DNA of 64,000 nt from Gnetum montanum. Taxonomy: Eukaryota > Plantae > Gnetophyta. The position numbers were made by a program, and so were the translations under genes. The stretch covers positions 88,570 through 152,569 of the forward strand of contig MNCI01002435.1 of NCBI GenBank assembly GCA_015680685.1. The letters run 5' to 3'. Every line of letters begins with the position of its first letter. Position 1 is the stretch's first letter. Below the pieces are notes generated by a model. It was not told where the DNA came from, searched no databases, and was given only the letters and a program-made list of their open reading frames with translations. Positions 25,980-40,248 of the stretch are shown here, in pieces.

Positions 25980-28844
25980 ACAAATGGCACCAAGACCAAA
26001 GTGACTGTAGGAAGGAGGATCCTCTCAACCAAGGGGAAAATGGCCCAGAATTAGAAGGGGCCAGTAAGAACATGCCCAGTCTTAGCCAAAAGAAATCCAT
26101 GCAATGGGACCTCTATGAGAGGAGCCCGAAGTGGAATCTATTTGATAAATTCCCAAAAAAAGAAGTTACAACAGAATAATTGCAATGTGAAGAGACACTA
26201 GGACCCATACCAAGGCTTGAAGTCACACTAACACAGCCCTATCTTGACACCATCAAGCCCCATAATATCCAACGATCAGTTCTTCAAGAACTAAACTTCA
26301 AACCATTTTTAGAACATTTTCCAGCAGAGCTAAAAACACTATTACAAACCTCTCCCATGTGGCCAATCATCACTTCTAGTGGGGAGTGGTACACCGGAGA
26401 GATGTACCTCTTTTGGAACAATAGAAGGGTAGGCTCCATAGTGAAGATCAAGGATATTCAAGTGTCCTACTCAGCTAAAGCTATTGCACAGGTGCTTGGG
26501 TTGCCTGATGCTGGGGCACAACTAGCAGAGTTGTATATGCAAGCTCACCCTGAGGCTAAAAAGGAGTGGATCCAACAGTGTTATGGGTTCAATCATAAGG
26601 AGTTCTGCACTCTCACACTAGTGGAATGCATATACTTCAACATAGCAGCCTATCACCTCAATCCGACGGTGAGGCCTAGCAAGGTGATCACTTTTTCTAC
26701 CTGAGCATGCATTGCTCTAAGTGGGATATTTCAGGCACACCTTCCACAATTGATGTATTCAGAGATTAATAAGCACTTCAAAGAAAATGAATGTGGAAGA
26801 AAAACCTTGCCTTTTTCATGCCTCATCTGGAAACTTTGCAAAAGGGTAGGGATCGTCCGCTTTGCAAATGACACGATCAAACATGCTCCTATAGCCTCGT
26901 GGTCTGAAATGATGAAAAATAAGATACCTACAAGACTAAAGAAGGGGAGCAGTAGCTGCCACCTTCATTGCCTACTTAAGAAACAACACCAAAGGCCCAC
27001 GCAGCCATTGAGTGCTTACACAAAATCCAAAAATAGCTTATGCATGATTAGGAGTAGCATGTAGGAACAAGTGCAAAGACCCATCTATATATTGACCTAC
27101 AATGAGTCACCTTAATGAGGTGGCTTGGATATTCAGCTAGATGGAAAGAGGTGGACCAATATTCTCTTCCTAATGAACATAGTTGCTTGAGAGATCAAAT
27201 CCTAGTGCTTGAGAGGTGACGATGTCTCTATTTCAACACCATTTATTCCTAGAAATCTCTAGGAATGTTGTCTCCTTTTTGATGCATTGGAGGAGGGCGA
27301 GGGGATAATTGTATTGGTGATGCAGCACCAAGGATAGGAGACTGTTGCTAAAGTAGTTACTGATCATATCAAAAAGGCACTTAATGCACCTACAACATCT
27401 GTACCAAACATATTTGCACTTTCAGATGTGCAGATGTCCATAGGTAGGGTTAGCCGAAGATTGAGTGCGACCTAGCACAAAGAGTTGCTGGACCAACTAG
27501 TGAGGATCAAGCAACCAATTCTGAATATCTTCAATTTTCCAGACAACATTACTACAACCCAATCAAAGCTATTAAAATCAAAGGGAAATTGCATCATCTT
27601 GGAGGGGCAACTTGAAATGGCCCAAGCATAGAACCAAAGCTCGGCCATGGAAGTTGTTGAATTGTGTGCCCATTTTACTGATCCTGCACTCCTTAGCTTA
27701 GCAATAACCAAAGATGAAGCTTTTTAGTAGCTTCAAGAATGATTGAAATGAATTGAGGAGGAAGTGGTGATGGCCATCTTCAACTAGTTCATAGCATAAG
27801 CAAAAACCTACTCAGTTCAAAAAGACTTGGTTTAGATGACCAAGAAAATAAATCTTTGCCATAAAAAATCATCGCCTATGCAATGTTGATGCACAAAAAC
27901 AACAAATGCAAGAATTCATTCATCAATAGTAGAAGTAGCTCACTAGTGTAAACATAGAATTGAGGAAATTGGCCATGAAGAATTGTATTCTGTTGATGGA
28001 GGAAGTCCAAGCGTTACACTAGAAATCTACCTTTCAGATTACTGCTTAGAAAAGTGAGACTCTCAAATTTGAAAAAGGCAAAAATCACTATAGAGACCAG
28101 GTTGGCCTGCAAAAGGAGGCAAATGAGAAGCATATTCAAATGGATAAGGAAAAAGTAAATGAGGCCCTCTAGGAACTCTAGCAAGGAAGAGAGGTTTGGT
28201 AGCCCATCATTGATGGAATAGATGCTTATAATAGAGCAAAGATCCACCTAAAGGAGTTGCAAATTGGAGAAATGATAGAGTATATGGAACTAGCCAATCT
28301 TCGCTATGCAAACCTGGTAATGTTGATTACTGGACAACCGTAATCAGACCTCAAAAAGTAGGTGGCTAGCTCGTACTTGCTGTATGAGGCCAAGTTCAAG
28401 AATCATAAGGACACCAAGCAAAAGCTTGAGACAACAAATGCTAAACTCAAGGTTCTCAAGGCATGATTCATCGATTAACAATCAACTACCGAGAACTTGG
28501 CCAAGAGAATGAATGATTACCAGGAGTTGTAGAACATGGTTAGGATGTTCAATATTGAACACAAGCAATTTTCTACCTAGTTCATTAATGCCAAGGAGTT
28601 ATTTCTAGCAATTCCCTATCATTGGGATGTGCCCATTCCAACCTGCATTTGTGAAGCTACATGGACTATGCATGATCCCAAGAGTAAGAAGGAGAAAATG
28701 AAAGCAATGCTGGATGCTTTTTGCCTCCTGCTAGAAGTTATAGTAGCAGTAGGACAACCACATCCACCTCAGCCACCTCACATGCCTAAAGTCATCGAAG
28801 GTCCTTCAAAGTCCCAAGAACCCCCACCACCTATGACTAGTTGA
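25980..28844 (+). pseudogene. Athila-type extra ('env-like'/Transposase_32-like) ORF, degenerate, with coiled-coil C-terminal part
   Basis: IVKIKDIQVSYSAKAIAQVLGLPDAG and TLPFSCLIWKLCKRVGI match the V.G....S...I...LGLP and LPF..LI..LC...GV patterns of Athila 3' ORFs; lies between INT and the 3' LTR. Confidence 0.6.
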
Positions 28845-29080
28845 TCTTCTCTACTGTCTTCATACCATTAGAAGATGTGCTATCAAGATTTTTGTGTAGT
28901 CATGTCATGGTGTTCAATTTTTTGTCATGAACACCACAATGTTTGTAATGTGTTGATTCATACACTCGAGACTCAATTTTGTCAAGTCAATTTGTTAACT
29001 CTACCATTAGTCAATAATCCCATAGCTTTCCAATTTTATAAAGAAACTTGAGGATGAGCTTTCACTCAGTTGTGAGGGTA

Positions 29081-30003
29081 TGATGAGTCACAGTTGGCTA
29101 CATCGATGAGGCATCATCGACTAGGCCCCATTGACTGGGCACCATCGATGTGGCCCTATCAACGCATCGTTTCATGCATCGACGCAACCCTGTCGATGTA
29201 GTGTTCATTCTTACTTATAAATATGTGCTTACTAGTCGTATTTGTGACATTCAAGTCATAGTAGTAGCTGAACTCTTGCAATTTTTACATTTGAAAGTTA
29301 GAATATTTTCTCAAGTGCCCACAATAGGAGTCACTGAGTATATGGATCTTTATTCGAGCATTGTTGTACTTGAGCACAATAGTGTGTACAATAATAAAGA
29401 TGAGCTTCTTAATAAACCCTTTAGAATTTTGGATAGTTTAGATGTTTCATTCATGCATTTAATGCTTTCAGTTGTTTATTTAATGTTTTCCAGTAATTAA
29501 GCTAATTAAAGTAATTAAGCAACATGAGCTAGATAGATTGAATACATAAGTACGATCGCTTTGAGCATAACATGTATTCGCTTGGTAATCCCAGCAATGT
29601 TATTACTTGGTACACCCAATAGCATAGCGCTTGGTAACCCAGTAGTGGATACATGGGTTCAGGATGTGTATGAAAAGTGGGATTAGATGCTTATGTTAGG
29701 ACTTGTTAGAGATTAGTTAATTAATTAAATCAAATTAGTCATTAAATTACTTTATGTCTCTCTTCAAGCACCAAAGAACATAAAATATAAAATGATAAAA
29801 ATCATATGCCTCGATTGCACTTAATCATGCCTTTATACTTCACAAGTATAATTGGGAAGGTAATGAATGACCTTAGGGCAAGGTTCACTTCCTAGAAGAC
29901 TAGTGTACTAAAAACCATAGAGTCCATGAAATTCAACTGGATCGTGCATGAACACTTTGTGATTTGTATGGTTGGGCATAGGGGTACCTTCAACCACTCA
30001 TCA
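29081..30003 (+). repeat. Athila-like 3' LTR
   Basis: TGATGAG...CTCATCA; purine tract upstream; homologous to 34746-35737 and to the reverse complement of 15670-16627. Confidence 0.85.
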
Positions 30004-32830
30004 GTCTAAATCCTCTAGCCACAAGTCTTACTTTGTATTTAATGATCTCTTCTTTTTCATTAAATTTAGTTTCATATAGCTATTTGTAATCTATGACTTT
30101 ACTTCCTTTGAGTTTATCCATTAGCTCCTAGGTCTAATTTTTCATTATGGCATCATATTCATTGTCTATAGCTTTTCTTCATTCTTTAATTTTAAGAGCT
30201 TCTTCCAAATTTTTAGGTTTTTCAATTAGGGCTAAATATGTCATGTTGCTAATAGCACTAGATCTTGTTATTCTCCTCTCAAAGTCTATGTTCGACATTT
30301 GAGTTTGAGGATGATTTCTTTGTATCTAAGATTTTGGGTTAAGTTGACTATCCATTCTTTGATTACCTTGTTGAAAATGTGTTATTCCAAACTTGTCTTC
30401 TAGAAAGATCACATCCCTTGATGAATATCATTTTCTTTCAATAGAATCATAATAGTTATATCCACTAGTTTTAGAATTGTACCCAAGGAAAACACATTTC
30501 TTTCCCCTATCATCCAGCTTGCTCATAAATTGCTTTGGTGTCTTGATATAATATTGGCATATAAATATCCTCATATGAGAAATGTTGGGAAGTCTTTCAT
30601 AAAACAATTCATATGGAGTTTTTTCATTATTATTGTTGCTAATCACTTTGTTTGTAATATAAGTTGTCATAGTTAGTGTCATGCTCCAATAGTCATCTAT
30701 GAATTTAAAATGTTTAAGGAGGCATCTCATTATGTTTTGTAGCATTCTATTTTTTCTCTTAGCTATGTCATTTTATTTTGAACTATAACAACAAGTGGTT
30801 TGATTCAATATGCCTTCTTTAGTCCAAAAATTAACAAGTGGTTTAAATATTTTTTATGGTGAGATTGTTATTTTTCATTAGCATGAAAAAATTTTCAAAC
30901 TTGTTGGATGTTTCATCTTTGCTTCTTAGATTTTAGGTCCATGTAAAATTATAAAGAAATAAGTAGCTTCTCTAATGGAAGTGATTAGCATGGGGCCTAC
31001 AAGGTCCATGTGGATGAGATGTAAAGGTTCTTTGGATCTTTGCATAGGATTGGTGTGAGATGAATTTGCTTTTTTTCCTTGAATGCAAATTTCACATTTG
31101 TCCTTCGTGATGTCTTTGATTTTCATGCCAATAGCATTGTTCATTTTTGCCATTTTTAAATTTTTGTATATGATGTGTGTCCAAGTCTTTTATGCCAAAC
31201 TTTAGTATCTTTTTCTTTACCCTAGTGGTCTTGATTCTTTGTAGCTTCTATAGTACTGGTGCTATTTTTGATTTGTAGAGATGACTTCATTTGATCAATG
31301 GTTTTAATGTAAGTTTATTAATTTTTTGTGATTCAATGAGATTTCCCTTCAAATTTAAGTGTTCACAATTCAAATAATATATTCTATTGTTAAATGCTTT
31401 TATTTTGTAGATCTCTTCATCATTTGCTTAAATTATGTTGCAAATTTTACTTTCAAAGATGATTTTAATGCCTTTATTTGAGATTTGGCTTACTGAAAGC
31501 ATAGAGTTGGACAATTGCTAAACATAGTAAACTTCAGGTATAGTTAATACCTTATTATTCAAGAGTCTAACTATGCAATTTTCTATACCTTCTATATTAA
31601 GACATTTACCATCACCAGTTTTAATGTTGCCAATACTTTGTGGTTTGTAGTTAAGAAGATATTATTTGTAGGGATTCGTGTGCTTAGAGCACTCATTGTC
31701 AATAATCCATGTATCTTGATTAATTGCATTGACAACCTTTAGATGATAATGATTGGCTTGATCAAGTTTTCCTTTAGCATTGATATGTTCCTTTTTGTTT
31801 ACAGTTTCTTCTCTCTTCATTTGTTGTTGAAGGTAGATTTCACATTCTATGCTTTTCCAACAATCTTCGTACTCTTATTATAGAATTTGCATTAAGGAAT
31901 TAGGTTTCTCTTATTATAGTTCCATCTTCTATTATTATATATTTTCTTTGATACCAATTGTAGATTTTTTGGGATGTAAGAAGATTCAAAAATATTTTTT
32001 ATTTTTGCAAATTCTTGGTAGCCCAATATATTAGATGATGTGGGCAGCCCAACTAAGAAAAACTAATTTTTTTTTGATTTTGCAATTGCGATATCTTTGC
32101 AATCTAGATGAGTTTTACATTACTCTTAGGCTTGTTAGAAATCTTGTTCTACAATCTATTAGCTTAAGAAATTTTAGATCAATTCAATGTTATTTGATTA
32201 CTTGAATATGGTCCGAAATAGGAGTCTGAAATAAAATTGTTTAGTATCTAGAAGAGAAATTGTTGATTTGCAAGATGAATATCTTTATGATTCAAAATAT
32301 TTATAGAGTGAGTTAATATTTGATAGAAAGATCTTTCAATGATCTAGCTACTGAAGAAATTGGAATTGATTTGAGCTTATTTGATAGTTAAAAGTTATTA
32401 CACGAGTGGCCTTGAATGTGATTTTCAACTTTTTTGTTTAATGAGAATTGGTGACTATGATGAATTGATGATAGATGATAAAAGTTGTTGAAGTAGAAAA
32501 TTTTGTAATCATAAACTATCTTATTGTTGTAGCATCAAATTGCTTCAATGGCATTAATTACGTTTCATACAAACATGAATTGCCCTCATATTTATAGCCA
32601 AATGATGCGGCCATTATAGAATATGATGGGACAATCTTATTTTAGGAAAAAATGGGCTTGAAATTCAAGAGACATGAGAGATTGAAACCATTATTTAATT
32701 ACATCTATTCATCAATCTTTTAATAAAATAAAAAATAATTTTTTTGCTTAATGTGATGACAAAGTGCAAATTTAATTTCTCTCTTGTTTATCTTCTTGGA
32801 CATATGGGACATGACACACTATCTCTAACA
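30004..32830 (-). mobile_element. Truncated Ty1/copia element (5' LTR 31959-32830, Met PBS, PR, INT, RT N-terminus)
   Basis: Minus-strand PBS TGGTATCA at 31949-31956; WIIDNECSKH; CEICIQGK..LIHMDLVGP; KTPYELFY..KLDDRGKKCVFLGY; YKVRLVARGF cut off at the Athila LTR. Confidence 0.85.
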
Positions 32831-33319
32831 AAAGAAGCATGGAATAAAATGGAATAATAAAAAAGAAAGATGAAGCAAAAGATTAGCAATGATAATATCA
32901 TTAGTTAGATAGTTTTAACGATAAAGGAATTTCTGGGCATAGAGGAAAGAAAGTTTCTTGATGGAGAAAGAAGTTTCAAGATGGTTAGTGAAAGTAGAGA
33001 GAGAGAGTTAGCATTTTTTAGAGCTTCTTTTAGGCTTCACCATGAGAGATTCGCCCAACGCTTCTGCTCTTTCTCAAAATGAAGTAACTTCAAATCTCCC
33101 TACTATTGATCTCCACCTTCCAAATGATGTTTTTGATGTTGTTTCAAAAGATTTCACTATCCATTTCATTTTTCTTTAAATTGTTGATTTTTTACCTCAT
33201 TTAGTGAATATGGCTGGATGATTAGGACATGGATTCTTTTTCATGCAACAAGCAGTGAGTCCACAACAGCCATCCATCCACAAACTCTATGGTTTTCCTT
33301 ATTCTAGAAACGTGTAGTC

Positions 33320-35737
33320 CTTTTTTCATTAACAAAACTTTGACAAATTTGTGACTTTGGTAGTTTTTGGAATTGGAAAGGATTCAAAGGTTTGAACAGG
33401 GTGTGACTTCAAGGGAATTCGGTATTCTTTGTGCCTTTATGTTTGCTTGGGTACATGTGTGTTTTCATGGATTTCTTATCGTTTCGTGTAAATCAATAAA
33501 AGGAAGTTGAATAAGTATTTGCATAGTGTGGTTCTCATAAAAAAAAAACAAATAATGGCAATTCAAAGCACACCCCTTAGAAAAAATCAATGCATACATC
33601 TTTGCATGGTGTGGTTCCCATTTCAAAAAAAAATAAAATAATGGGAATTCAAAACACACCCATTAGACAAAATAAATGGGCTACAAGCATTGGTTATGGG
33701 ACTAGAAAGACATGTTACCCATGCTTGAATGTCCCCTCTAACTAAGGCCCTTCCTCCCTACTTGTCTTTTTTTCTTTAATAAGGAATGGTGGTTGTTGTG
33801 TGGGAGCATTCTTATGTCTCAGGGGGATGGACTGGTCTTAGAATGGCGATGCAAAGTCACTAAACAAGGTTGGTTTTGGTTTGGACTAATGATGGATCTT
33901 ATTAAAGTCATTTAACCATAAAATCCACAAGGGACTTCATGTGACCATAATCAAGAACTCCATTCCACTCTCTTTCATCCATCTATGCTTTCCATGTTTC
34001 ACCTCATTACTAGTTTCATGTTCTTGTTCGATGTCCTGGTTTGATGTGTTGGAATTCTTAGGTAGTTTTTTTTGGGCTTTTGCACTTAACCTTCCATAAC
34101 CATTAATCATCCATGGAGCCCATGAACTCTTTGGTTTGAAGTTATGCAAGGGCATAAAAGGCCTATGCCTACTTTGGGGAGGATCCACTTGCATATCTTT
34201 TAGTTGGGTTAGTTAAGTTCTTTACCCTTAGACACTCTTACAATCAAATTCTTTTGTTTACCCCATCAATGACATCCAATTGTGCACATCTTCACAACAT
34301 TTTAGTAAACTTTCCTTTTCTTATTGTTGTGAATTCTTACACCCTCTTCAAATATTTTTTTGTGTCAAAATTTTCAAATTTAGTTAAACACTTCTCTATT
34401 TTACCCTACTTGTCAGTCTTCCCACTAACACTACTAAAGGAATTAATCTACCACAATCACAACCTAGTCGAGCGTAACCACCAACTNTCTTCTCTCTCTC
34501 ACTCTTCAGTTGCCAAGAGGCATTGGATGCTAGTTTTATCCAGGGTGTTCACTTCTCTTATCATGAACACCCAATTTTGTAAAGATTGTAACTTCGTACA
34601 CTTGGGCACTCAGAGTCTATTTATTCCATCTGAGTCAGTTAGTAGTTAGCGTTAGTCAATAATTCCATACCTTTGCAATTTTGTAAAGGAAGCTCAGTCC
34701 TATCCTGTTAACTCGAGAATGAGTTTTTATTTAGTCGTGGAGGTATGATGAATCATCAATTGGTTGGGTTATCTGATAAAAAGTCAACTTTTTGGTTGGC
34801 TTTGATAACAAGGCTTCGATATCTTGGCTTCGATAACAAGGCTCTGATAATAAGGCCCTAACATCGAGTATCCAATGTTGGAACCTTGATGTCGGGTATC
34901 CAATGTTGGAACCTTGACATTGGGTATCCAACATCGGAGCCAAGATGTGATGTTGGGTGTTCAATGTCGCAAGGTATATGCTAGCCTATAAATATAGTGC
35001 TTGGGTTTATGATTTTCAGTTAATTTTCATATAGTTTTTCATAGTTTTGTCAATAGACTAGTCAAATTCTTGTAGTTTTATTCTGTAATCTTATAGAATA
35101 GTCAATGAGTGCCCACAGAGTGGATCTAAGTCAGTTGTACGAAGTCTTATTCGATTGGCAATGTACCTAGACATATTCCATGAGTAGCAATAAGATCGAG
35201 ATTGATTCTTATTTATTACAGCACTTTGACTTAGATTAAATTTACTTTGCATGTAATTTACTTTTCATGTACTTAGTTAATATTTACATTTTCATGCATG
35301 TTAATTAATTAAGCACATAAGTATGATCACTTCGAGCATGCATATGACTCTTGGTAATCCTAGCAACACTTAACATTTGGTAACCCAACAGAGTTATATG
35401 TGTTTAGGATGTGAATGGGAAGTGGGATTAGATACTTATGTTAGGGTACTTGATTATTAATTAGTAATTAGATTAGTTGAATTGATTATAAATTGAGTTT
35501 TAACCTATTGTTAGTCATAGAACAATAAAATATAAAATAATAAAAATCATATGCCTCACTTTGGACTAAACCATACATGACAAAGCTACCACTAGTCCAA
35601 GTGGGAAGACAACGAACTGTGATCAAGGCATAGTGATCTAGATGCCACAACTAGTCCCATCCATGGAATTTGACTGAATCGTGCGTAAATGCTTGTGATT
35701 TGTATGGTTGGGCGTAGGGGTACCTTGCTACTCATCA
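33320..35737 (+). mobile_element. Second Athila-like 3' remnant with LTR 34746-35737, lacking the extra ORF
   Basis: 33320-34400 is colinear with 24435-25460, then 34530-34745 with ~28885-29080; LTR TGATGAA...CTCATCA. Confidence 0.8.
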
Positions 35738-36094
35738 ACAACCTATTTCTAGTAGCCACTTGTTTGATGGAATTTGCTTGTTTGAATGGTAAAATACATG
35801 AAAAATTGATTTTTCATTTTCTTTTAGAATTGGCCCTCCTTTACTATTTGACTTCTTACTTGTCTTCAATCTTTGATGAATTATGTTGGATGATGGAGTT
35901 TTCACTTTTTTGTGTATATGTCCTCATTGCTCTTATGTGTTCTTTGTCTTCTTATTTTGCTTTTTCTAGAATATGCTTATTTGCTAAATTTTTGCTTTGT
36001 GATGTCTTGATTTTTCTTTCTCTTGTGCTTTCTTCTTGATTTCTTGGGTACAGATTTGCCCTCCTTGATTTGTTATAGTTTTTTATTTTTCTTG

Positions 36095-36278
36095 ATAATG
36101 AGGTGTTAGCCTAATAGTAAGACTCTTGATTTGGAAACTTTAAGTCATAGGTTCAGTTCTAGTGGGCAATGTTGAGTTATAAAGTTCTAATAATGAGGTG
36201 TTAGCCTAGTGATAAGGGTCTTGGCTTGGTAACCCCACTTCATAGGTTTGATCCTACTAGGTAGCACTAAGTTATAAA
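36095..36278 (+). repeat. Two tandem ~95-bp tRNA-derived (SINE-head-like) units
   Basis: ataatgaggtgttagcctagtgataagg (A-box-like) ... cataggtttgatcc (B-box-like) ... agttataaa, present twice. Confidence 0.55.
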
Positions 36279-38059
36279 TTAACAAAAACCCAGTAAAAGG
36301 AGTTTGGACATCAACTGGGTCTTAGAAGATTTCAATTTTTATATTTTTTAATAAATTGCCAGATTTTCTTGTTGGTCTTTAAATTTGATATTGCTGATTT
36401 GCCTATAATGCCTTTTTGCTATTTCTTTTTCTTTAACAGTTTTTCTCAAATTTCTTTCTCAAGTTCTTGTTTAATGTTTTTGAAATTTCATTGCCTTTAT
36501 CCACTATATTCCCTACATCGATGTAATCCAATAAATTGAAGTACCATCATAAATCAAGCATGCAAGGTGAATAGACAGAAAAAGGTTGCCCATCCTTTAA
36601 CTAGAAAGTAGCCCCGGTGCCTTATGCTTTGACATTTGTCGTCTTTGCAATTTAAGGTAAGGTAGCCCAGGACAGAGGGGATGAATGCAAGTACGCAAGT
36701 TGCAAATGTCAGTGTTGAAGTGAGCGGCAGTGACATGATTTAATTTGTAAGTTTAGAAGAGTGTGGACTATTTAAAAAGAATTTGATTTCTGTCTTGCCA
36801 TAATGCTCAAGCAAGTCCATACTGTGAAAGTATCATTCGTTCATCTTCAAATTACAATTTTACGGATGTTCTTCAAGTTACAATTTTACCAACGTTCTCA
36901 GTGGATGTTATAACAAAGGTCTCTAAAACATCACGATTTGCTTCCATTGATCCTATAGTCAGATGATCCTGCTTTTCACGTGAAACATTCTTTGTGCTTC
37001 TTTCACATAATTTGAACTATTCGACTTCACGGTAAGTTTGTTATTACGTCGGAGCATTAATTATTGTAGAGAAGCACTCTCTTTCCTACGCAATACTATA
37101 CAGTAGTAACCAAAAGGATGGATATCAAGCAATGTCAGGTACGGTTTTCGAGCAGAAGAAAACCCAACAATTAGCTTTTAACTGTCATTTGAAACAAGTT
37201 CTGCGGCAACTGAAACAGCCCCAGCAACAATGGCGGACGATGACACAGCAAAGCCTGCAGATGTTGAAAATGTTGAATCCGTGGTAGCACCGCCGAGGAT
37301 TAGGGTGGAGTCTCTGCTGCGCCGAACGCTGGATGCCTGCAATGTTGATGTTTTGCAGAACTGCTTACACTTTTCTCACTAGCCAAGCCCTTTGCTTTTC
37401 TTTGGACATGAACGACGGTTGTTCGGAAATGGTTTGTTTCTTGCAACGATTTTTCTCTCCTGTCCTGTATTTTGTTTTTGTTTATAAAAAACTGCTGCAA
37501 TTTTTTATCACTTTATGCATTTTAGGCTTTTACTTGTTTTTCTTTTTTTCCAAATTGATCAAACCGGCACACAGTGAGGGAAGTGAAGCCAATGCATTGG
37601 ATTGAAGTTACTCTTGGTTGGTTTGAAAATGTGTGGGTAAGGAGCTTTACGTTGATCCTTTCTATGCCATGAACACACCACTTAAATCCAGTCTACCGGT
37701 CAAGAAGTAGGAAACATTGACAAGCCTGAGGATGAAGTTGTAGATGCCATGCTTGCTTCATAATTCCCGATGAACTGATGCGCATAGACAAGAACTGATG
37801 CGCATAGAGTGATTCTGGCTTTCTGAACTCCTACATATATTCTCAATGTCCCTGAGTTTTGCAAAATAGAAATCTCTCTCTTCAGATGATCAACTGCTAC
37901 TTTCAGTTCTGCAACCTGCTCAAACAGAGCCCTTATATGTTCTCCAGCTATAGATGATGGGGCTATAGATTGAAACCTTGAAATGATTGAAATACATAGA
38001 TGAAACTGTATTATGATAACATTCTTGAAAATATATGACGCGTGGAAATGTAATTTTTG

Positions 38060-38811
38060 TTGAAATATTAAAATGAACTAAAATAGGTAAAACTGAAACA
38101 AAAGCAAAATTCCTGCTATCTCCAAAAATGTGGCGGATGTCCGCTTATCTCCAACCTACGATCCTAAACAACTTGTACCAAGCAACGACAATAAGCAATT
38201 TTGAGAGATTCAACAATAGAGGAGACAAAACACCACTTGCCTCTACAGCTAAGAAAACACTCTTTACTTAACTCCACAATGGAGGAGTTCCTAATCTTCG
38301 TCTCTGAGGAGGTGCTACCAAAGCACTCTTTACTCTCCTCCACAATGGAGGAGTTCCTCAAATTCTCTTAAATGCTTAAGTTTACTACTACAATTCAAAT
38401 GGTTGTAGAGTGAATAAAACAACAAAACACAAGCTTGGAAGTGGAGGTGCTAAAGAGCAACCTCCACCTCTTGGGGAGATCACTCCTTAGTGACAACTCA
38501 AAATAGCCTCCTAGATCTTTTGCCACTTCTTTTCTTTTTCACAATGCATAGCCACACACCTTCTTATATATATAGCTTTTGGAAGGTGGTTACCATAACC
38601 TTGGTTAGGGTTAGGTGGGTAGGTGGCCCATGTGATCTCACTTATCAATCAATTTTGACACATGGGTGCATGATTTACAACATAATTTTGGAAAATATAA
38701 TTCTTAACCATGTGAACCTACATGAATATATAACATAATTTTGGAAAATATAATTCTTAACTATATAGACCTACATGAATACACAAGCTATATGACTTAT
38801 GGACTTCAACA
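38060..38811 (-). repeat. Solo-LTR-like repeat (copia-type), minus copy; same family as 39052-39220, 39767-44398 and 44390-44903
   Basis: Its reverse complement shares tgtaggtcta..gagatcac..aaccaagg..gagtgatct..aactcctccatt..gagtaaagagtg; boundaries approximate. Confidence 0.6.
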
Positions 38812-40248
38812 CAAGACAAGACAAAAATTAAGGTCATCTATCAACTTTATATGACATCTTGATACTACAAAGACTATGAAGCACATAAGCACCCTAGGAA
38901 ATTTTTGACAAGTTGTTTATAGCCTAGAGGTTATATTGTAGTCCAAGTGGCAAAAATGGGCCAAAGAGGTCTTGATTGTTGTAGCCCAAAAGATGTGTCT
39001 TGTTTTTTAAAAAATGATGCCAAGAATATAAAGCCTATCGGTGGCTCTCAATGTTGAAAATGCCTAGAAGGTATAAAAGATGGTTTACATGGTTAGGATC
39101 TCATGTGCATGCCCATGAACTCAAATTAGTTAGTTGGTGAGATTACATGGTCACCTACCCTCACTTAACCTTATCTTAACCAAGACTTAACCTAGGTCAC
39201 CTACCCTAACTAAGAAACAACAACTTTCCAACTGATGGCCACATCTGAGAGTCTTGCTCTTGTTGTGTGTGTGAAGACCATCATACCTGTTTGCTCTTCC
39301 GCTCCAAGGCTAGCTGATGAGCAATCCACATGGTGGCAGGTAATTTTTTTTTTCAAAGAATCATTTATGTTGGTGGTGGTAGATGCATTACTTTCTAAAG
39401 AAATTTAAAATTTTAAAAGTCAAGGTGGCAGGCATTTAAAAATTTTGTTAGCCAAAGTAGTGGGTACTGTAGTTGAAAAATATAATGGCACATGATGACA
39501 TGGTAGTTAAATTTGTTTAAGGGAGGTGCTCTAATTTGTTATGTTAGGAGGAATTTATTATGAAGCATTTTAATTTAAAGGAGGGGTTATCAGAAATTGT
39601 CTAGGGTGCTTATGTGCGTCATATTCTAGGTAGCATCAAGAGATTGAAGATGCAAAGATGAAGATCATGATGACAAAGAAAAAAAAAACTTAAGATGAAG
39701 ATTCTGATACCAAAGAAAAAGAACTTATGAAGTTAAGTGAAGATCTTAATGCTCCTCCTCTTGTATTGTTTTAAAGTTATGTACCTTGTAGGTCTATGTG
39801 GTTAGGATCTCATGTGCACACCCATGAGCTTGGTTGGTGAGATCACGTGGGTCACCTACTCTCACCTAACCTTAACCTAACCAAGACCTAAGTTGGGTCA
39901 CCTACACTAACCAAGGTTGAGCTACATAACAAGGTGTGTGGTTGGTAGGAGATACATCCAATACACATCATAGAGATCTAAGAGGGCATTTTGTTGAGAA
40001 GAAGAAGAGAGTTAAGTGAGGAGTGATCTTTCTAAGAGGCGGAGTGTGCTCTTAAGCACCTCTACCTCGAAGCCTTCATTTTTTGTCGTTTTCATGTGCA
40101 TGTATTTGGTGTTGTAGTTGCAACTTAAGTATATTGAGAGAATGTAAAGAACTCCTCCATTATGTGTGGAGTAGAGTAAAGAGTGCTCATGAAGTAACTC
40201 CTTAAGATTATGAACTTTTCCATGTGGAGTTGAGTAAAGAGTGCTTTT

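Larger units (their letters stand above)
22150..30003 (+). mobile_element. Degenerate Athila-like Ty3/gypsy element (gag remnant, RH end, INT, long 3' region with extra ORF, 3' LTR); 5' LTR not found
   Basis: EFDLTMVDQKGIKNVIVDHLS; KILMAGYYWPTIFRD; FDIWGIDFMGP; SDNGTHF; TPYHPQ; Athila-style cttgaggatgagc..gagggta before TGATGAG. Confidence 0.8.

Noticed and set aside
35689-36039. Hydrophobic 'membrane protein' ORFs here and at 24132, 29150 and 37333
   Set aside because: T-rich non-coding sequence gives F/L-rich frames; no motifs.
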